DNA of 64,000 bases, taken from the NCBI GenBank assembly GCA_965235115.1, contig OZ249450.1, positions 14,942,001-15,006,000 of the forward strand, given 5' to 3'. The number at the start of each line of letters is the position of its first letter. Position 1 is the stretch's first letter. The DNA is from Laetmonice hystrix (lineage: Eukaryota). The position numbers and the translations under genes are program-made. A model generated the notes under the pieces. It was not told the origin of the DNA. It saw only the letters and a program-made list of their open reading frames with translations, and did not search any database. Shown piece after piece: positions 38,735 through 51,087 of this stretch.

Positions 38735-39085
38735 GCCCAGGCTGGCATGGCCACATTCCTCTACCTCTACTCGACCCATGGAGTCCACCTCCTCCTCCTC
38801 CCCCTCCTCCTCCTCCTCCGCCTGCCCTGGTTGGTTCGGTCCAGACCCTTAGAACAGTACGAATGCCTGTCCACCCTGGGCACAGGTGAGGCGGTTGGTT
38901 CCCTGATATTCCATGCAGGCGGCGGTACCCGTTGTGGGTGGAGTTTTACCGTGGAGACACCGAGCCGCACGCCACCTACCGGTCCCGGAAATGACTTTGT
39001 CGGGCGCGTGCTTCCGCAAATTTCGGCGCAGAAGTGTTCTGTTTGTGGAGCGGTCTGCGCAGACTTCTAAACCATCAACTTCCAT
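38735..39085 (-). pseudogene. Decayed C2H2 zinc-finger exon followed by an acidic tract
   Basis: LEVCADRSTNRTLLRRNLRKH has exact C-x2-C-x3-F-x5-L-x2-H-x3-H spacing, with S (TCC) and N (AAT) one base from F and H. A second half-finger CAQGGQAF is one base from CAQCGQAF. After a stop the frame reads AEEEEEGEEEEVD. Confidence 0.45.
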
Positions 39086-41742
39086 GTCCCGTAAACAGGG
39101 TCCGCTGACAAGCGTTTGACCATGGGAAATTACATGCTTATATAGACCATCTGAAGGTATCCCAGAAAGGTTTGGTCACAACGTACGTGGCATGGCGAGG
39201 CGGAGGGAAATACTTGAGCTCCAGAATGCATTTTTGTCTGGGCTTTCCCCGAGATGCAATGCAGTGGAGATAGAATGGAATTACACGTTGAATGTAAGGG
39301 CTATTAGCAAATGAGTATCTCCTCGCTGTAGCCCCAGCATCAATGTTTTTTCAGTGATCGAATTATTCTAAGTGTTTAGTCTGCAGTTCTTGTCGAAAGA
39401 CGAGGCCGTCAGCAAATCTAAATATGGCACTCAGTAAAAAACATATAACGTTTGAGAATAAGGAACGGTATGTCTGTTAATAAGATTGTATATCATTATG
39501 TATGGTTCTCTAGTATGCCCTGTTGCAGGATTTACTCAACATTAATACGAAAATATGACTCAGAAAATGAGGTCATCTTCTCTTATCATGTGGCCAAACT
39601 AGAACCCGCAAGTCAAGCGAGGCGAGTTTAATTTTTACGTACTAAAATTAATTTGTCCATCTTGCATTCACTATGGACATCGATTACTTTACAAAGACAT
39701 ATAGAGACCCGACACCATCATATCCTTTGTTCGATTGCTTTATTGTTTATTCATTAATTTATTTATATCCAGGCTCATGGGCCAATAATTATATACGATT
39801 CTTTACAGCAGATCTAAGGGCTCTGCGATAGGTTTAAGCTGCTGATGCCACCGTTAAAGTTTGAACTTCTAGATTTCCTCTTTCCTGGCCTTCTTTAACG
39901 CTGAAGAGCGCGGGATCGCTTGCTGCAGGAACCGCTTCTGCTGCTTCTGCTGCTGCACCGACAGCGGGGTCGAGCCGATGTAACCCTGGGCAAGTGTCCC
40001 CGACTTAATAAGTCGATCAATAGACGTCTTATATTGTCCGGTCTGACGTATGGCCAACACCTGATGTCTTCATACACCTCTGACCTTTAAATTATGGTCG
40101 TATTTCTGGCGACTACGGTCGGGATCACCTTAAAGGGTCTACATGATCACGCCCGCCATGTTACATTAAGGCCGGTGTGTCTGTAATTAAAGCGACGTTG
40201 GCGGGCGGCCCAGAGGCGGGGATGTACCGGCTGAGGGTCCCTGGGGACGTCTGCCCGACTCCCGGGTGTCCTGGGACGTGTGATTGGGGTCCGCCGTTCT
40301 CATTGGCGCCAGTAAGGTCCACCGCTCTAGCTATTACCATCAGCCGTTTCTGGCACCACCACGCCCCCCTCACTATTAGTATTACCCCCCCCCCCCTACA
40401 CCACCACCACCGAGTTCTCAACCACCAGTGGAGTCTAGGGTCGGGTATCCAGAGCAGCAAGGTTGAGAGCCACCTCCCCTGGGCTTTCGACAACGTCATC
40501 GCCAGGCCTGTTACTCAATTAGCTTCAGCTACGGCTAACACCTTCCATTTTCTCCAGGCCATCTATATCTCAATATTTTGCACTACATTTCGCCGCCGGT
40601 CTCAATGGCAGCTCTCGCGGATGGATACACCTTGGTCCGTACGTTGTAATTTTGCGTCGCAAATGAGCATAATGATTTACGCAAATCACCCTCAGAGGTG
40701 CAATTGACATGGGCCAAATCAACAGGCAATTCACTCACTTTTCAACCGTTCCAAATTTACCTCCAACCTTGCGTGCGAAAAGGTTTTAACGCCGACTTTA
40801 AGAATGCCTCAATTAGAGTACGTCAAGAACTGGGCACGAGAAAATATAGGACATTAGGTAGGAATCAAGAAACCTCAGGGGCGGGATTCTCACGCAGTTA
40901 TATACATAAACTATAGCGGCTATATACGGTAAATTCATACAGTGATGTCCGGCGGGCTCCGGTAGTGTAACACTAGAAGTGCGCCATTTATCTATACCAT
41001 CCTCTGCACACGTCCTCTTTTACTGTGTGCCTACTGGCTACTCTGGCAGACATGAAATAACAAATGTACTGTTTTAGCTTTGTTAGGAAACTGTATGTAC
41101 AACCTTTTTAAGCAAAGTATATTTTCTAGGCGGAACCAATCAAAACACTCACATACAACCTACACTCTTAAAAATGACGGTTCCGAAAGGGTTCATCATG
41201 GGGAACCAAAGTTCTTCAAAGAACCATTTGGTTCTTCAGCTCGAAATGCGTTCTTTGGCTAGGCAGAGGGTTCTTGGCAAAGGAACGTAGGTTCTTCAGT
41301 TAAAATAGGTTCTTTACTTAGGTAAAAGGTTCTTCAGTTTATGAAGAACCATTTTATAAATGGTCTTGTGTGTGCCTGTTTTACTTGAATTTAATGTCAA
41401 ATAGGATTTTTCTATTCCTAACCAGGTTTCCAGAAAACATGTAGGGGAGAGTGGGGCATTGACTGACACATTTTGTCAAAGCCTAATATCTCTGCGGTTA
41501 TGAATGCTATTCAGAAGCTATTTGGTGGGTGGATGTCCATCATACCTAGCTTTAGTATTATCGTCTTTGTGCGACTTTCAAATTATACATTTTAGAGTTA
41601 TCCACAAAAAATGCTTCTGTCCGGTTTTCCTCCATGCCTGGGTCCTACGGGGCAAATCCTGTGGGGATACACTTATTAACTAATTGTATATAGGCCTACC
41701 AAGGTTAGCACGTTAGGATCGTTGGTTATGGGGTATCCCAAG

Positions 41743-42038
41743 CCAATGAGGTCTCCGCCACGTGTCCAAGCGCCGAAACCAGGGTGGCCTTGTCCTTCAA
41801 CCCACGTGGCCCATACATGTGGACTAAGACAAGGCGGGGGCTGGACAAGGTATAAAGCGTCGTAGTTCAAACATCCTGTTCTTTCGCTCCGATCAGAAGC
41901 AGTCGCTCTATCGACGCATTTTTTCACCAACCCACAAAGAAAAGGAAAGCATCTTCTGCAGAATTCATCTTCAGATCAGCACACTCTCCTGCACAGCAAC
42001 TTCAAAGATACAGGGTCACGACCCCTTCTTTGGTAAGT
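41743..42038 (+). promoter_or_regulatory. Candidate Pol II promoter and non-coding first exon inside the EnSpm element
   Basis: CCAAT 41743, E-boxes CACGTG 41759 and 41803, GC box AGGCGGGGG 41832, TATAAAG 41851, then about 150 nt ending at the consensus donor G|GTAAGT (42032/42033). Confidence 0.5.
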
Positions 42039-43194
42039 GTTTAACTTTTTCAATCTGGAGTTGAACGAAGGAATTAAATTGCCACAGAAATGTATGTGGC
42101 AGACAAACCTGGAAATGTGTCTCATTCAATCAGAGGCATTTTACCTATGTACATTATCCTATAGACATCTGACCAATGGACATCTGGCCAATACATCACT
42201 GATGGAGATGGGGACCCCCGTTTTTTTGTTATAACCGAGTTTCGTTATATTCATTTTTAATTAAAAGTGCATACATCCATAGAAATGTACAAAGTAACCC
42301 GAAAAATGTATGTGTTTTCTTTTACTTTTTCTTTTCATTGTCATTAATCATGTCGGGAAATCCACCAAAATACAGCAATCATGGGAATCGTTATATCTTT
42401 GGTTTGGGAAAACCACCTCTCCTGCAGTGTGTATTTTTACTTAGGGAGGCTGAGCTGTCAGAGTGACCAGTTATAAATAGCCACCAGCCCAGCTCAGCTG
42501 GACGTGTAACCTAGCCAGTCAAGCCCCATGTAATTAGGTCACTCATTACCATAATACCACCCACATCTGGAGTCTCTCTCTCACGTGTTAGTCAGCCTGG
42601 AGTACACATCCTCTGAGACTCAGGCCACCTTAACTGGACATTCTACTGTGTTTTCAAAACCGGATTTTACTTTGTGCATTAATGGACATTCAAATGGATT
42701 ATTGTGAAGAGGGAGGTTTCTGTGTGAACAGTTGAGGAGGAGCCACTATAGGACTCTCTGTGTGTGAGCAACGAGTCGTTGGTGTGAGCTAGGCCAGTTT
42801 CACCACCATTAATTTTGTGAACACGTGGTCAGCTGAAAGCCATGTGGCGGGTGGGTTCCCTATTTGTTACACCATGTGTGCAGATCCACTTATTCCTTAA
42901 TCTCCACAATCCTTTCAATACTCGGCCATGGTTTATCAGTGTTGGTCAGCCCCAAAAATGTTATAATACATGTACTACTTTTTTGTACACCCACGTGCAC
43001 GGGTGACGCCATGTTGGATTTGGTGTTAGGACAGTGTGCGTGGGAGACGCCATGTTCCACGCGCTATGTCCTGGCTTCCATGTACCAGGTCCTAGCTGAC
43101 ATGCCATTTGCTTCTGTAGCTTTTTCGGTTTTACCTATATAAAACTTACAACAACTTAACATTGTAGTCTAATGTGTGCCCTTTAAATTTTTAG

Positions 43195-43754
43195 GAAGTG
43201 TGCCGCACTGATGTTGATTCCAGAGAACTGGCCTTTTCTTCACGTTGGATCAGGTATGTAATAAATTACATGAATGCATGCATTCATATGTTAATCTTCA
43301 ATGCAAAAATATGATTATTATCAGAAATAAACTAGAATAGAAAACCTAACATACTAATGCTCCGACACCTTCAAATAGAATCTTGTCTTGAACCCGTTTT
43401 TATTTGGTAATTTTAATATAAAGAAAATAAAATAATTATGATTGTTTTCTTTAAACAGCACTGTGTGGCTCCTACTAGTCTCCAAGCCTGCTCGGTGCCA
43501 ACTCAGGACGAATTCTGATGGATGGGGAAGAGGTGGTACTAATCAGGAATTCGTACACCATCGAGGACTTGGCCTGCACATTTAGTTTATATTACATCTA
43601 TGGCATTGAATACCCCAAGGGCTTGAGAAACACGCTAGTACTATGTATCGAGAAGTTTCAAGCATTTTATTTTCAAGTGGTCATTAATGCCCCCATGAAA
43701 GGGGTCACTGATGCCTCCTTTATATTTATCATATTTTTCTTTTGTCGGTATTAG
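43195..43754 (+). pseudogene. Two spliced exons of an EnSpm accessory protein (SAMD3-like C-terminal domain)
   Basis: Exon 43195-43253 (TTTTTAG| ... CAG|GTATGT) splices in frame to the exon at 43459 (TTTAAACAG|). The product is KCAALMLIPENWPFLHVGSALCGSY*SPSLLGANSGRILMDGEEVVLIRNSYTIEDLACTFSLYYIYGIEYPKGLRNTLVLCIEK, with one TAG at 43476. The F..YY.(F/Y).IEYP..L..TL motif is one I recognise from proteins annotated SAMD3-like. Confidence 0.7.
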
Positions 43755-44164
43755 TATCTTTATGTGCCAATGACAAGCATATGTGTATACTACCATATAG
43801 TTTTGAATAATAATTTCCCAAGCAGTCTGCAGGTTGATTGTGATACAGAGGATGACAGGATTTGTGATGCATCTATATGATTAACATCTACTACATCTAC
43901 TTTTTGTGCATTCGTTTTGCTTTTGAAAATGCTGTTTTTTTTTGGTAAAATAAAAGAATGGGCAAAGTGGTTACGTTGAACATGTTGACTTCTTGTTCAC
44001 TTGATTACATGAATAAAATAGTGTTGTCATGATATCAAAGATTGTAGAATTTACAAATATGGATGTATTTGTTGTATGTGTAACGATGTACATATATAAT
44101 CATTGACTATTTTTTTTAATTTAAAAAAATAATCATGGGGAAATTAAAGAACCATGTAATCTTA

Positions 44165-44525
44165 AGAAACCATTCCAAAACCTATGTAAGAACCCTCTTA
44201 AATCGATTCACAAAGAACCATTTGAAAACCTACTAAAGAACGCTATTTAAACGTTTCTCAGAGAACCACTTTAAAACCTGCTAAAGAACCCTATGAAAGA
44301 GTTTCTCATATAACCATTTGAAAACCTGCTAAAGAACTCTATGAAAGAGTTTCTCAGAGAACCATTTGAAAACCTGCTAAAGAACCCTATGGAAGAGTTT
44401 CTCAGAGAACCATTTGAAAACCTCCTAAAGAACCCTAGAAAAGAGTTTCTCAGAGAACCTTTCCTAAAGGTTTCACAAAGAACCATTTGAAAACGCATTG
44501 AAGAACCCTTTTAAGAACCATCTAA
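44165..44525. repeat. Subterminal tandem repeat of the EnSpm element, about 48-bp unit with two GAACC half-sites
   Basis: GAACCATTTGAAAACCTGCTAAAGAACCCTATGAAAGAGTTTCTCAGA is repeated about 5 times within a longer degenerate array. It explains ORF 44271-44498. Confidence 0.9.
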
Positions 44526-46365
44526 AGAACGCTTTCTCATGGTTCTTCGGAGAACCAAAAAAGGTTCCCTATTTGTAATGGCCTGAAGAACCTTTTTGGG
44601 TTCTTTGACGAACCATTTGTTTTAAGAGTGTACTTCCCCCTTTCGGTTAGGCCCACGGACATGGAATAGATGGACTTGTCACCATGTTTCAAGTCCTCCC
44701 GGCAGTACGTTTATTCATTAGAATAGCTTGAAATCTAGGAGAACATTACGAGTCATGGTGAAGCCATATCGAGCATCGACCCCTTTTTGTGTACTTCCCG
44801 AAAGAAGCATTTCACACACCGTATAGGGGTTTACAAAGTTATCATTTTATTAATTTTTGTATTGTTACCTACCATTGAGGTCACGGCATATTTCGTTTTA
44901 TGGAATCAGCTAAGTTTCTTCCGCATCAAAAAACGCGTAAAACATTCAGCAAAAAACAAAACAAAACAAAAAACAAAACAAACACAGATTTGTATGCCTG
45001 CCTCGACACAACCCGAAGCAAGTCAGGCGTCAAGACTTCCATATCCGTTCCTTTCATTGACAAAAATATGCTTTTTACTAACAAGAAAACAGAGACATGG
45101 GCCATCGAAAGTCAATGCCACTCGAAGCCACTTAGCAAGAAACCGCCAGTTTGCCCAATTCATAACGCATATGGATTGGATAAAAAAAAGGCAAGGTTAC
45201 TTTGGACGCAGAGCTTTATATTTGTCTCCAAAGAAACTAGATTATGTATCTGTAAAGTCTCTGGTACGGTGGATATCGTGACAGAACAGCCTGACATTAG
45301 AACACTAAGTAGTACTTTGTACTTTTATAACCGGCTTCATCTGAAAGCTCTAGCTTTACAGGTATACTTTAGCGCGACATATTTTAAATGAATACACTCG
45401 TATTATTTCTGTTTCGTCCTCAATGTTTTGGTCATACCGCCAATATTGATCGAAATGTGCGTGCGTTGCTGACGTCTGCCCAACAACTTGAGTGGAGTAG
45501 ACGGGTCGATCAACACTTGCGTGCATTATCATTCGTATTTATATGGTGCGCCAAATTATGATTGTCGGAAATATCGACGGCCTGACTCCCTGTTTATATT
45601 CAGGCCGCTTGCTGTGCCGCGTATGTATTTTATTTATCGCAACATTTGCGCTGTGCTGAAGCGCAACCAACCCGGGATTTTAACCGGAAGTTGTACGAGG
45701 AACGTTGCGAAAACCTAGTTTCCTCAGACGCAAGAAATCCTGCTGCATATAAAACGATAATAAACGGAAGAAACTAACTTTTCATTTTAATCTTATTTGG
45801 TTAATTAAGAAAACGACATTGCTGACGTGAGTCCAAATTTCCTCACTTATTGGAGTTCGCTCTGAATTTCGGTTCAGAAAGGTATATTCAACAACAGGCA
45901 CAGGTTCCCCAATTTCTCGGCTGTCTTGTGCAATTCTCTAAGGATAGGCGTTTTGTCGCTTAACTGAAATGTATACCCTAAAAAATATATAGAATTGTGA
46001 ATTAAAAATGTGAAATTGGCTTATGGTAAAGGTATATAATAGAGTGTTGACATTTTAGAGTTTGTTTGTCGTTTCTACTGCGGTCAGTATGTGCCGGACG
46101 GCTGAGTTCGGTATAGGTGGGGGTATGGGGTGAAGTTGCAGTGTGGTGAAGGGGTGGTTTATCACCTGAGAACCTAGGCGTCAATCAAGTTGTTTCCCCA
46201 CCATCATACTGGCTGGCGTGAACGATGCTCACCGAACGGCTCTGGCTCACAATAACATCTGTTCGTTTATTTCCGTCGCACCTGATTGTGTGGTTGAGTT
46301 CGTGCCAACTCAAGTGGAACATAGCCGCCAATCTGGCTGAAGTCTGAGGGTAGGGGGAGGCTGTG

Positions 46366-46683
46366 CTGGCCAAGGCTGGGCTGGGCAGGGTCGGCCTGGG
46401 CTGGCCAGGGCTGGCCTGGCCTGGGCTGCGCAGGGTTGGTCTGGGCTGGCCAGGGGCTGGCCAGGGGCTGGGCTGGGCAAGGTTGACCTGGGTTGGCCAG
46501 GGATGGGCTGGGCAGGGTTAGTCTGGGATGGTCAGGGACTGCCCAGGGCTGGGCAGGGTTGGCCTGGGCTGGGCAGGGTTGGTTTGGGCTGGCCTTGGCT
46601 GGCCAGGGTTGGCCAGGGTTGGCCAGGGCTGACCAGGGCTGGGCTGGGCTGACCAGGGCTGGGCTGGGCTGACCAGGGCTGGG
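46366..46683. repeat. Degenerate G-rich pentamer satellite (GGGCT/GGCCA/GGGCA/GGGTT)
   Basis: Read directly; produces the spurious PAQP/PGQP ORFs at 46267-46802. Confidence 0.95.
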
Positions 46684-49600
46684 ATTCGGTCTTGACCCAT
46701 CATCACTGCTGCACCTTTCCAAAAATTGGATGCAACCATTACATACTCTTCGAAAAGAAGATCAAATCGACAAAACAGAAATGAAAAAATAAGATACGAC
46801 AAATTATCGCAAGATAAAAAAACGAGAAGCCTTCAGGTATCAAAACCATAATAGAGACAACCATTTACTCATTGTCGCCACGAAAACGACTTTTCTTCAC
46901 TCTTCATTCCTTCCGGGTGAAAAAAATATCAGAGGCAAAACAAACATATTTAAGTATACCGAGAGACACGGGTGGGGATCGACAACATTGTGGCCGTCGA
47001 TATATAGGTGCTGCACGCACGACGTTTTACCCCCCCCCCCTCCCATCTCTCCTCCATCACCCCACCCCCTCACCTCCACCTACCCTCACCCCCCACCCCC
47101 ACGACCTTTCCGCTCTACTAGGCGTGCCGAAGGTTACGGCGACACTGAACACGTAATTGAAGTGTATGTCGCAGGTAAAGAATCAATATCATCCGACTTC
47201 ATCCATAAAACATCAGCGGCGGGAGGAGGCGGCGGGAGGAGGGGGAGGAGTCAGATCATAACCCCCCTCAACCACCCCGCACACACAAACACACCTGCCC
47301 GACTCCAGGCCCCCAAAGCTCTAGCAATGGCAGCGTACAGTCGGCGTAAATTGTTTACCCTTGCCCAAATTGCCTCTGATATCGACTTGACTTGTTATCT
47401 CCGCTGGCGGCCGAACTAAGCAATACCTGATCCGTACCCGCGTATCGAGAATCCCTACGAACACCCGAGATGTAGACATCCCATTAAACCTCAAGGAGCT
47501 ACGTGTCCGCCTGCATTAGGCGGACAGGATTCCTCCTGTGTGAAGTCGGTAACCCAACCTCTGAGTGCTCTCACCCACACAGTGTGTCTACCACATACAG
47601 CCACCGTATTATCGGTTAAACTACACTATCATCCTGTTCTGACAATAGCATTGATTGCAACGTGTAAATGACAACACTGTAGGTATTACGCAGGAATGAT
47701 AATCGCCACCTAGTGGAGAGTTTACCCATTGTGACGTATTATGACGCCAGGGCCCGTAACCATGGTGCAGCGTCTCTCTACTATAGTGGCCTACCACCAG
47801 CATCGTGGCAGTCAGTTTTTGCAATAAATGTGGGCACGGTTGTGACAAGGTTACCAAACTAAGTAATTGTGTTGTTGTTTATCCTAGTGATGTTTATATG
47901 ATTAAATAAATAGTGACGATTAGACACTATGGGGGTATATTGCCATATCTTACGGTATTATGACGCTAATAAACAATTAACTGCGCTAGTGTAATCCATG
48001 AACATACACCAATGACCGTATACATTGCAATCCCTTAAACTACATTGCGCTGAGGAAAAAAAAACCAGTCGCACCTATTAATTGTAATCCTAAAATACAT
48101 TACACAAAAAGTTGAGGCAAGCACCTGCAGCTGCCGTGTTTGGGATGGCCACCATTTCATCAGAGTTCTTTGAACAGTATATGAACAGCCCGCCGCTGCA
48201 GAACTGCATGAACTATGACCTTTCCCGTAACGTATCCCCTGGGCTGGCGGCAATAGGAAACGGCTAGACTCCTGCCATATCAAGGAAATAACATTGTCCT
48301 TTATGTGTATGGCTTTATATACGTGCGTAGTTCAGGTTTCTCACCCTGCGGCCAGTCCAGAAGCTGGCCATGAGTGACCAAGAAGAAGAGGAGAAATGCT
48401 GACGCCAGCCAATTTGAAAAAAGGCTGGAAGCAATACACACGAAGCGATGCCACAACAGAAACTGTGCCGACAAGGGCGTCAGCCCGGTCTTAATTGCTT
48501 CTCAAAGACGTCCACACTCTTCAAAATAGCAACTTAGGTGGGCAGGAGTATAGGTAAACGACAGCCAATGCTGACAGCGGTTAGAGGGATGTGAAGGATA
48601 TTCATCAGCTATACGTGGACATAAAATACCCTAGAATATAGCCACTGAATATATACAGCTTTACTTGCACGCTGTCTTCAGAATAGATCGAGTTTATAGC
48701 GTTTTGGATGCTGGTACCACGTGGTATAATTATAGGCCTAAAGCCGGCAGGAATCTCCATAAGATATGGCAGCAGGATTACGTAAATCTAAGTGGTGTAT
48801 ACAGAAGGGCAAGTAAAACTTTGAAGGAATACGATTCCTCTGATTCCTCCTAGGTACGCCAACACGTCTTGTGTTGTCGGGAAAGAGGCAAGGCACAAGC
48901 AACACGTGTCAGGCGACAGATCTAAGCCGTGCAGTAAACGGGCGAATGACCCCTCGGCACGGGCAATACTGTTGCTTGCGTGTGCCTTCTATTCCCGGCT
49001 CCCACCCCGACTGGCCGTGGAAATGTTGTAACGATAGTATAGTTACGACTGTAGATAACCCAGGTGGCCGTGGTTGGAGGTATAGCCCAGGATGTCTGGG
49101 GATGGGACGGTGGCTGGGCACGGCGATGGCAGCGCCACCCGGCGGGAAGCCGCAGGGCCTGGAGGCCTCCGTCCGGCCTGGGACCGACCACCAGATTAGA
49201 TATCACACAGGGATGGTTTTTGACGCTGACTGCATGACTGATAAGGTAGACGGTATAAGAGAAACCGATGGTGGAGGCCTGGACCGCCGCGGCTGCCGAG
49301 CCGGGCTTTCGGGAACGGCGCTGGGTGATCCAGATGGATTGACGAGACACGCTGAAGGAGATAATGATGGGTAATGGAAAGTCAGGTGAGAGAAAGGAGG
49401 TTGTGGATGCAAAGGAGGAGGAGGAGGGAGGCTGGGGGCAGCTCAATCTGATATATGGGTTGGCCGTGAGAGTCGGACACTGGGTCGGGCAGTCGGCTGT
49501 GGACGGCCGGGCCGGGGCACAGCGCCAGCGGCGGGCGGAGACTCCAGCATGGGATGATGTTACCCGCAGTACCCGCCGGTCTGCCAGTCATCAGCCATCA

Positions 49601-49874
49601 GTCGTCCTGGCTGCCAGCCTCAGCCGGTCCCGCCACCGACGTCAGCCACCACAACCACTTCATAATTACCTAATCCCGCGTACGGCCTCCACAGAATACT
49701 GTCTTTACATCACTCACACTGCGTGAACGTGAGCGGAATTCAACATGGAGAGTATATCAAAGATCGACACAACCAACAGTCGTTGTTCCCAACTTCCGTC
49801 AGAGTACAAGGTCATCCCTTACATAGACAAGTTACAATTCATTCCTCAAGTCATCCATTTATCTATATTTCAGT

Positions 49875-49925
49875 TTCATTCATTCATTCATTCATTCATT
49901 CATTCATTCATCAATGCATTCATCC
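49875..49925. repeat. (TTCA)n microsatellite
   Basis: Read directly. Confidence 0.95.
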
Positions 49926-50359
49926 ATTCCTTTGATGTTGCTTTGGAAGGCATTTTGTTTCCTTTTGGTTATACACATGCTGGAGGAGTGAGCCCCCACC
50001 AAGTCTACGAACTTGCTAAGACGATGACCTTGATCGTGAAAAATCAACCTTGAGGCAAAAGAGCTGATTGGTGAAGTTTGGGACCTATATATACACCCCC
50101 TTTCGCCTCCTGGCAGCACCCTCCCATTCCAGGAAGCGCATGTACGCAATATGTTGTAATCCAGTGGACTGGTAAATATAATGATTCACCCTGTAAACCC
50201 TCAGAGTCTTGCCAAGAGTTGTAAAACATCCATGTGTGCTGTACCTCACACGAAGTTTGGGTGAGTTTGGGGGGAGGGGCGAACGGTTCAACTCATGGCC
50301 CTGGGTTTTAGTTTGCAAACCAAGTCGTAAGATTCAAAGCTTAAGATAAACTCTTGTTT

Positions 50360-50500
50360 CAGTCAGTTCCTTCCCGATGGTCGGTGGTTTCCTCCGGGTA
50401 CTCCGGTTTCCTTCACCAAGAAAAACTGACTTTCATCATCATCTTCACCGCGGTGATATGACCCTGGTTGTTGCAAGGCGTAAAACCCCAAATACCCTAC
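50360..50500 (+). mobile_element. SINE fragment (central V/Meta-type domain and 3' end)
   Basis: GGTCGGTGGTTTCCTCCGGGTACTCCGGTTTCCT (50379-50413) is the conserved core of V/Meta-type tRNA-derived SINEs. It is followed by AAAACTGAC...GATATGACC...GGCGTAAAACCCCA and a short repeat tail. No intact tRNA head is seen. Confidence 0.75.
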
Positions 50501-50990
50501 CCTACCCAATCCCGGACGCTCTCCCGACAACCTTGCGACCAATCAGGGCAGTTCTTACAAGCGCTCTTCGTCCAGATCTTAAATCAAAATGGCGGCCCCA
50601 CTCTGCGAGTCGCTAAGGCACGTTTGCAGTGTATAAAAGAAGACAGATGATTGGTTGTTGAAAGTTGGTCTGTGATGACGCTGTTTGACCCATATACAAG
50701 ATGTGGTGACACGATGGCCCCGGGTCAGTGACGACAGACAGCTAGAACCGGGTTACCGGATGTGGCTTCCCGTTCCACGAAACCAAATTCCCAAGACTCA
50801 TCTCCTTTTTAGAAAGACTAATGTCGTAATTTTCAATTCTCCCTATTTTCAACTGTTCAGTAACTCAGTAACTGTCGAAGTTCAATCAGAGATTCCGGAG
50901 GAAACGAACAGAAGTTGGAAATCTATCAGAATTTCTGCTCTTGCTTTAGATCAATCAATTATCGGTAATATTCCCCTCACCTGATGATTT

Positions 50991-51087
50991 GGTTTTGTTG
51001 GGTTGTGATTGGTTGAGAATCGGTTTTGTTGGGTTGTGATTGGTTGAGAATCGGTTTTGTTGGGTTGTGATTGGTTGAGAATCGGTT
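50991..51087. repeat. Three identical 31-bp tandem units, each carrying a CCAAT box on the minus strand
   Basis: GGTTTTGTTGGGTTGTGATTGGTTGAGAATC at 50991, 51022 and 51053. Confidence 0.97.

Larger units (their letters stand above)
41163..44630 (+). mobile_element. Non-autonomous EnSpm/CACTA (CMC) DNA transposon, 3468 bp
   Basis: Perfect 11-bp TIR CACTCTTAAAA at 41163 and TTTTAAGAGTG ending at 44630, with TA on both flanks (41161-62, 44631-32). Dense subterminal GGTTCT/AGAACC motifs occur at both ends. CAC-termini with a 2-bp TSD are typical of animal EnSpm. No transposase ORF was found inside. Confidence 0.88.

Noticed and set aside
41445-41648. Small pogo-like MITE nested in the EnSpm left arm
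   Set aside because: The left end (GGGGAGAGTGGGGCA) is suggestive, but the putative right TIR matches poorly.
42456-42871. Solo LTR (TGTCA...GTTACA) nested in the EnSpm intron
   Set aside because: TG..CA ends are present, but the flanks TGAGC and CCATG give no target-site duplication and there is no second copy or PBS/PPT.
47504-47526. Helitron 3' hairpin TGTCCGCCT-GCATT-AGGCGGACA
   Set aside because: No CTRR terminus at the expected distance; an isolated hairpin.
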